Below the pieces are notes generated by a model, which was given only the letters and a program-made list of their open reading frames with translations, did not search any database and was not told the origin of the DNA. Below, in pieces: positions 59,615-64,000 of a DNA stretch of 64,000 nt (position 1 is the stretch's first letter; the number at the start of each line of letters is the position of its first letter). This DNA is from Candidatus Woesearchaeota archaeon (lineage in GTDB: Archaea; Nanobdellota; Nanobdellia; Woesearchaeales; DSVV01): the NCBI GenBank assembly GCA_018303325.1, contig JAGVYH010000001.1:24849-88848 (forward strand). Reading direction: 5' to 3'. A program made the translations under genes and the position numbers.

Positions 59615-61540
59615 GTGTATATGATTTCAAATAAAGCATACTTCAATGAGTTAATATCCCTTTTAACCCAAAAACCTTTGCCAGAGAAAGCAGTCAACAG
59701 GCTAAAGATGGATTTATGTAAAAAATATAAGATTAAAGAGATGCCAACAAATATTCAGATTCTTTTAAATGCAGACGAGAAAGACCTGCCAAAATTAACA
59801 TATTTACAAGTAAAGCCAACACGAACAATTTCTGGTGTAAGTGTTATTGCATTGATGACAAAACCATATCCATGTCCGCATGCTAAAAAAAGTTTAAAAG
59901 TTAGAAAGCTTGAAAGTTTGAAAGAGAAAAAACCATCAGCACTTTCAAGCTGTCAAGCTGTCAGGCCATCAAACTTTAAAGCCGTTGGACCCTGCATCTT
60001 CTGTCCCGGCGGACCAAACAGCGAATTTGGAGATGTTCCCCAGTCATACACAGGCAGAGAGCCGTCGACAATGAGAGGAATAAGAAATAAATTTGACAGC
60101 TATTTGGAAACAATGAACCGACTTGAGCAGTATGTTGTTCTTGGCCATAATTTTGACAAGATTGAATTAATAATAATGGGCGGGACATTCACAGCAATGC
60201 CAAAAAGATATTGCGAAGAGTTTATAATGTATGCATTTAAGGCATTGAATGATTTCAGCGGGATGTTTTTTGACAAAAATGAAAAGTTCAAATTAATTGA
60301 ATTCAAAACTTTCTTTCTTCTTCCCGGCAATGTTGGCGACGAGAAAAGAACAAAAGCAATACAGAAAAAATTATTAGTGCTTAAGAAAAAAGGCAGGCCT
60401 TCTTTAAAAGCAGAACAGAGGAAAAACGAGAATGCAAAAATCAGATGTGTTGGCTTAACCATTGAAACAAGACCTGATTGTGTTTCATTAAAAGAAGCAA
60501 ATGAAATGCTCAGATTAGGGGCAACAAGGGTTGAGTTAGGTGTGCAGACAGTTTACGACGATGTTTTAAAGAAAATAAACCGCGGACACACAATAAAAGA
60601 ATCAATTGCTGCAACAAAACTTCTCAAAGATTTAGGTTTTAAAATTAATTATCATATGATGCCTGGTTTACCTGGTGTGAATTATCTCAAAGATTTGAAC
60701 TCATTAAAAACATTGTTTAAAGACGAGAATTACAGGCCAGATATGCTGAAAATTTATCCGTGCATGGTCATGAAAGGCACAAAACTGTATGAAGAATGGA
60801 AACAGGGAAGATTTAAGCCGATAACAACAGAATCTGCTGCAAGATTAATTGCAGAATTCAAGAAATATGTGCCAACTTATGTAAGGATAATGAGGGTACA
60901 GAGAGATATTCCAACATATTTGACAGAAGCAGGTGTTGATAAGACTAATTTAAGGCAATATGTTGAAAAGCTCATGAACGAAAAAAGGAGCGAAAAAGGA
61001 AACAAAAAAGGAATAAAATGCAGATGTATAAGATGCAGAGAAGTCGGCCATGTCTTTAAAAAAACAGGAGTTTCACCAAAAAAAATTAAATTAATTGTAA
61101 AAGAATACAGCGCAAGCAAAGGCAAAGAATTCTTTATCAGCTGTGAAGATGTTGAGCAGGATATATTGTTAGGATTCTGCAGATTAAGATTTCCTAGCAA
61201 AGATATACATCAGGATACGCATAAATTATTTGGAAAATTTAAATCATTTGGAAAATTGAGAAAAGAAATAACCAAAGATTCTGCATTAATAAGAGAACTG
61301 CATGTATTCGGCGAAGCAGTTGAGATTAGCGGAAAAGGAAACAAAAAAGCAGAAACAGAAGAAAATGCAACAGCTACACAGCACAAAGGTTTGGGAAAGA
61401 AATTGTTAGAAAAAGCTGAATCCATCGTAAAAACACACGAAAAAAACAAAATGATTGTAATCTCAGCCATAGGCACAAGAGAATATTATAAAAGGTTAGG
61501 TTATAAACTGGAAGGTGTGTATATGGTGAAAGATATCTGA
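59615..61540 (+). CDS. elp3: Elp3 tRNA uridine(34) acetyltransferase (radical SAM + GNAT)
   Basis: RTISGV, CPH...CIFCPGG, QSYTG.EP, MGGTF, ETRPD, RVQRDIP, RELHV.G and QHKGLG motifs. Confidence 0.96.
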   Translation: MYMISNKAYFNELISLLTQKPLPEKAVNRLKMDLCKKYKIKEMPTNIQILLNADEKDLPKLTYLQVKPTRTISGVSVIALMTKPYPCPHAKKSLKVRKLESLKEKKPSALSSCQAVRPSNFKAVGPCIFCPGGPNSEFGDVPQSYTGREPSTMRGIRNKFDSYLETMNRLEQYVVLGHNFDKIELIIMGGTFTAMPKRYCEEFIMYAFKALNDFSGMFFDKNEKFKLIEFKTFFLLPGNVGDEKRTKAIQKKLLVLKKKGRPSLKAEQRKNENAKIRCVGLTIETRPDCVSLKEANEMLRLGATRVELGVQTVYDDVLKKINRGHTIKESIAATKLLKDLGFKINYHMMPGLPGVNYLKDLNSLKTLFKDENYRPDMLKIYPCMVMKGTKLYEEWKQGRFKPITTESAARLIAEFKKYVPTYVRIMRVQRDIPTYLTEAGVDKTNLRQYVEKLMNEKRSEKGNKKGIKCRCIRCREVGHVFKKTGVSPKKIKLIVKEYSASKGKEFFISCEDVEQDILLGFCRLRFPSKDIHQDTHKLFGKFKSFGKLRKEITKDSALIRELHVFGEAVEISGKGNKKAETEENATATQHKGLGKKLLEKAESIVKTHEKNKMIVISAIGTREYYKRLGYKLEGVYMVKDI

Positions 61541-61751
61541 ACTTTCACATTATACTAAAAGTGCAAAAAATAAGCGCAAAACTTAGAAAAAGCAGACATT
61601 CAATCTTTCTATTCCATCATAATTATCATTTTTGCTAATTATAATCATATAAATAGTATAAATAAACTATTTCAGTAGCTCAAAGTAATCAAATTTGATT
61701 ACTTTGTATAATCGAAAAGTTTAAATAGCTGTAATAAATTATAGTACAAAT

Positions 61752-62465
61752 ATGCAAGCCATCACGTTTCTAAAAGAAATAGAACAGTTTCAGTCTCCTG
61801 TTTTATCATTCAATGATGTAATTAGAATTATAGGAAAAAGCAAAGAATATTCAAGAGTGTATATTCATCGCCTTAAACAAAAGAATATTATAACTGAAAT
61901 AGAAAAAGGGAAATATGCGCTATCTGAAGAGCCCTTTGAGATTGCCTCGAACCTTGTCTTTCCTTCATATATCTCATTCATGGGTGCATATTATATTTAT
62001 GGGTTCACTACACAAATCCCCATAATTGCTCAAATAGTTTGCCAAAACCCTAAAAAAGAAATGAACATAGGGAATATTAAGGTAAACTTTATTTCTTTTA
62101 AGAATAAAAGAATATTTGGTTATAAAAGAGAACGATTTAGAGATAAATATATCTTCATTGCTGAACCAGAAAAGGCCATAATAGATTCTTTATACCTTCC
62201 AAAATACTGCCCAATAAGTGAAAGTTATGAAGCACTTGAAAATAAAGAGTTAGACATAAATAAACTTTTAGAATACGGATTAAGGATGAATTCAATTATA
62301 ACTCTAAAAAGGTTAGGTTATCTTTTGGAACTACATGGTATAGATATTTATGAAAAAGTAAAGCACAAATTAAACAAAAGATATGACTTATTAAATCCAT
62401 TTATGAAAACCTCTAAAAAGAATTCATCAAAGTGGAAACTCAACATAAATGATGTGTTTGAATGA
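61752..62465 (+). CDS. abiEi: AbiEi-family antitoxin
   Basis: PSYISF..A...YGFTTQIP, AEPEKAIIDSL and RLGYLLE; palindrome CAAAGTAATCAAA/TTTGATTACTTTG upstream (61681-61706). Confidence 0.88.
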   Translation: MQAITFLKEIEQFQSPVLSFNDVIRIIGKSKEYSRVYIHRLKQKNIITEIEKGKYALSEEPFEIASNLVFPSYISFMGAYYIYGFTTQIPIIAQIVCQNPKKEMNIGNIKVNFISFKNKRIFGYKRERFRDKYIFIAEPEKAIIDSLYLPKYCPISESYEALENKELDINKLLEYGLRMNSIITLKRLGYLLELHGIDIYEKVKHKLNKRYDLLNPFMKTSKKNSSKWKLNINDVFE

Positions 62466-62560
62466 TATATACTAAAAGTCATTAATTTTCGAACAAATTA
62501 ATGACTTTTGTATATACAAAAGACCAAAATAAAGTACGATTATTTTGGTCTTTTAGTATA
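62466..62560. repeat. Inverted doublet of A-subfamily hairpin units between abiEi and abiEii
   Basis: TATACTAAAAGTCATTAATTT/AAATTAATGACTTTTGTATA and TATACAAAAGACCAAAATAA/TTATTTTGGTCTTTTAGTATA. Confidence 0.9.
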
Positions 62561-62580
62561 ATCAAAAATGAGGTGTTTGT

Positions 62581-63351
62581 GTGATAATCAAAACTGAACT
62601 TGTAAAATATTGCAATGTATTGGGGTTAAACCTTGGACAAGCAGAGATAGATTATATTCAGCATTTATTCCTTATCTTTTTTTCAAAGCATTCTGGAAAC
62701 AGTTATATATTTAAGGGAGGAACAGCACTACAAAAAGGTTATGGGTTGAACAGATTTAGTATTGACCTTGATTTTACACAAGTCCATGAAAATAATATAA
62801 ATGAGATTATTAATAAAATCAGCAGTGATATAAGTGATTTTGGCTATAAAACAGAAGTAGAGGAAAAGAAAACAATAGGTAAAACATTTATTCTCAAGAT
62901 AAATGGACCATTATACATTGGCACCAAAATGAGTATTTGTAATCTAAAAATTGAGATTAGCCAGCGGGAAAGCATTTTGCTTAAGCCACAATTTAAGGAG
63001 ATTATGCCTAGATACAATGATCTACAACCTTACACCATAATGATCATGGATGAGGAAGAAATACTTGCGGAGAAAGTAAGAGCAATTATGACAAGGAATA
63101 AACCGAGAGATGTGTTTGACTTAGGATTTATTTTAAAAAGAGGGGCTAAATTTCAGTTGGAGTTCATAAATAAAAAATTAGAGTATTATAAAGAGCAATT
63201 TGAGATGAAGAGATTTATTGATAAATTAAAGGAAAAAGAAAATATATGGGAAAAAGAAATGAGAAATTATGTTAAGGACGTTCCAGAGTTCAAAACAATT
63301 TTAAAAGAGATAACGAACGCAATAAATAATAATAAGGATAAATATAAATGA
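62581..63351 (+). CDS. abiEii: AbiEii-family nucleotidyltransferase toxin
   Basis: FKGGTAL, RFSIDLDF, AEKVRA and PRDVFD motifs. Confidence 0.9.
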   Translation: MIIKTELVKYCNVLGLNLGQAEIDYIQHLFLIFFSKHSGNSYIFKGGTALQKGYGLNRFSIDLDFTQVHENNINEIINKISSDISDFGYKTEVEEKKTIGKTFILKINGPLYIGTKMSICNLKIEISQRESILLKPQFKEIMPRYNDLQPYTIMIMDEEEILAEKVRAIMTRNKPRDVFDLGFILKRGAKFQLEFINKKLEYYKEQFEMKRFIDKLKEKENIWEKEMRNYVKDVPEFKTILKEITNAINNNKDKYK

Positions 63352-63551
63352 GAATAATAATCAGAAGGATAATTATAATAATATCACTTATATGAGAAAG
63401 ATTATTAGAAAAGAATATATTCATATACTCAAGAAGATACACAAAAAAAACTCTGCACAAGCGTAGCGAAGCAGAGCATAAAGTGGTCGGATTTGTAGGA
63501 TAAACAATTTTTAATTAAGAACTTATAAAATAAATTAAGAAAGGTGATATC

Positions 63552-64000
63552 ATGAAAATAAGCGTTAAAGAAAGCATTGTTAAAAACTTAAATGAAGATG
63601 TACTAATAATACCTGTGTTTAAAGATACTCATAACACAGAGACATTGTTTCTCGAGCTTGATAATATTCTTAACAAATTATTAACACAGACCATTTATGA
63701 GAATAAAGATATCTGCGAAGAATACAAGCTCAATCTTTTTTATACACCAGCCAGAATAAAATTAAGGCGCATATTATTGGCCGGAGTTGGCAAGATTGAG
63801 GAAATGGATCAGGAAAAGATAAGATTATTAGGCGGGAAATTAGCCGGCTTTTGCACCTCCAACTCAATGTCTAATGTCGCGTTCCTTAATTTCGGTTACA
63901 GCCTGAAAAATATTGCAATAGATGATGCAACAAAGGCATTTGTTGAAGGATTTCTGCTGGGTGCATATTCTTATGATGAATTAAAAACAAAGAAAAAAGA
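63552..64000 (+). CDS. pepA: Leucyl aminopeptidase (M17) N-terminal domain, 3'-truncated
   Basis: Manual translation MKISVKES...DVLIIPVF...RRILLAGVGK...AFVEGFLLGAYSYDELK; GGTGA SD. Confidence 0.8.
   Translation, partial: MKISVKESIVKNLNEDVLIIPVFKDTHNTETLFLELDNILNKLLTQTIYENKDICEEYKLNLFYTPARIKLRRILLAGVGKIEEMDQEKIRLLGGKLAGFCTSNSMSNVAFLNFGYSLKNIAIDDATKAFVEGFLLGAYSYDELKTKKK

Overview
AT-rich archaeal chromosomal DNA, most consistent with a DPANN archaeon (Woesearchaeota/Pacearchaeota-like). Evidence for this is L21e-RpoF, L41e, aIF5B, Elp3, archaeal POR, TATA-box/leaderless starts, tRNA-Ile(UAU) and multi-intron tRNAs. Housekeeping genes are lhr, a metallophosphoesterase, uppS, the upper mevalonate pathway (hmgA, HMG-CoA synthase, thiolase, DUF35), infB, porGDAB, elp3 and pepA. 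They flank a ~27 kb surface island holding three giant Cys-rich/LamG/beta-helix membrane proteins, glycosyltransferases and interleaved toxin-antitoxin modules. The most striking unexplained signal is non-coding: the intergenic DNA is colonised by several families of small palindromic elements. (1) About 9 copies of a REPIN-like element whose two ends are GNA-triloop mini-hairpins (GGGAC-GCA-GTCCC / GGC-GAA-GCC). (2) Many ~46-51 bp TATA-bounded hairpin units with compensatory stem changes that concatenate into arrays and nest inside family 1. (3) A nested-stem element with 18 bp terminal inverted repeats. (4) Tandem ~140 bp hairpin units integrated at the tRNA-Ile 3' end. (5) A related palindrome inserted in-frame inside the Fe-S motif of Elp3. 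No transposase, integrase or reverse transcriptase is encoded in the window. All calls are by eye; no database searches were run.
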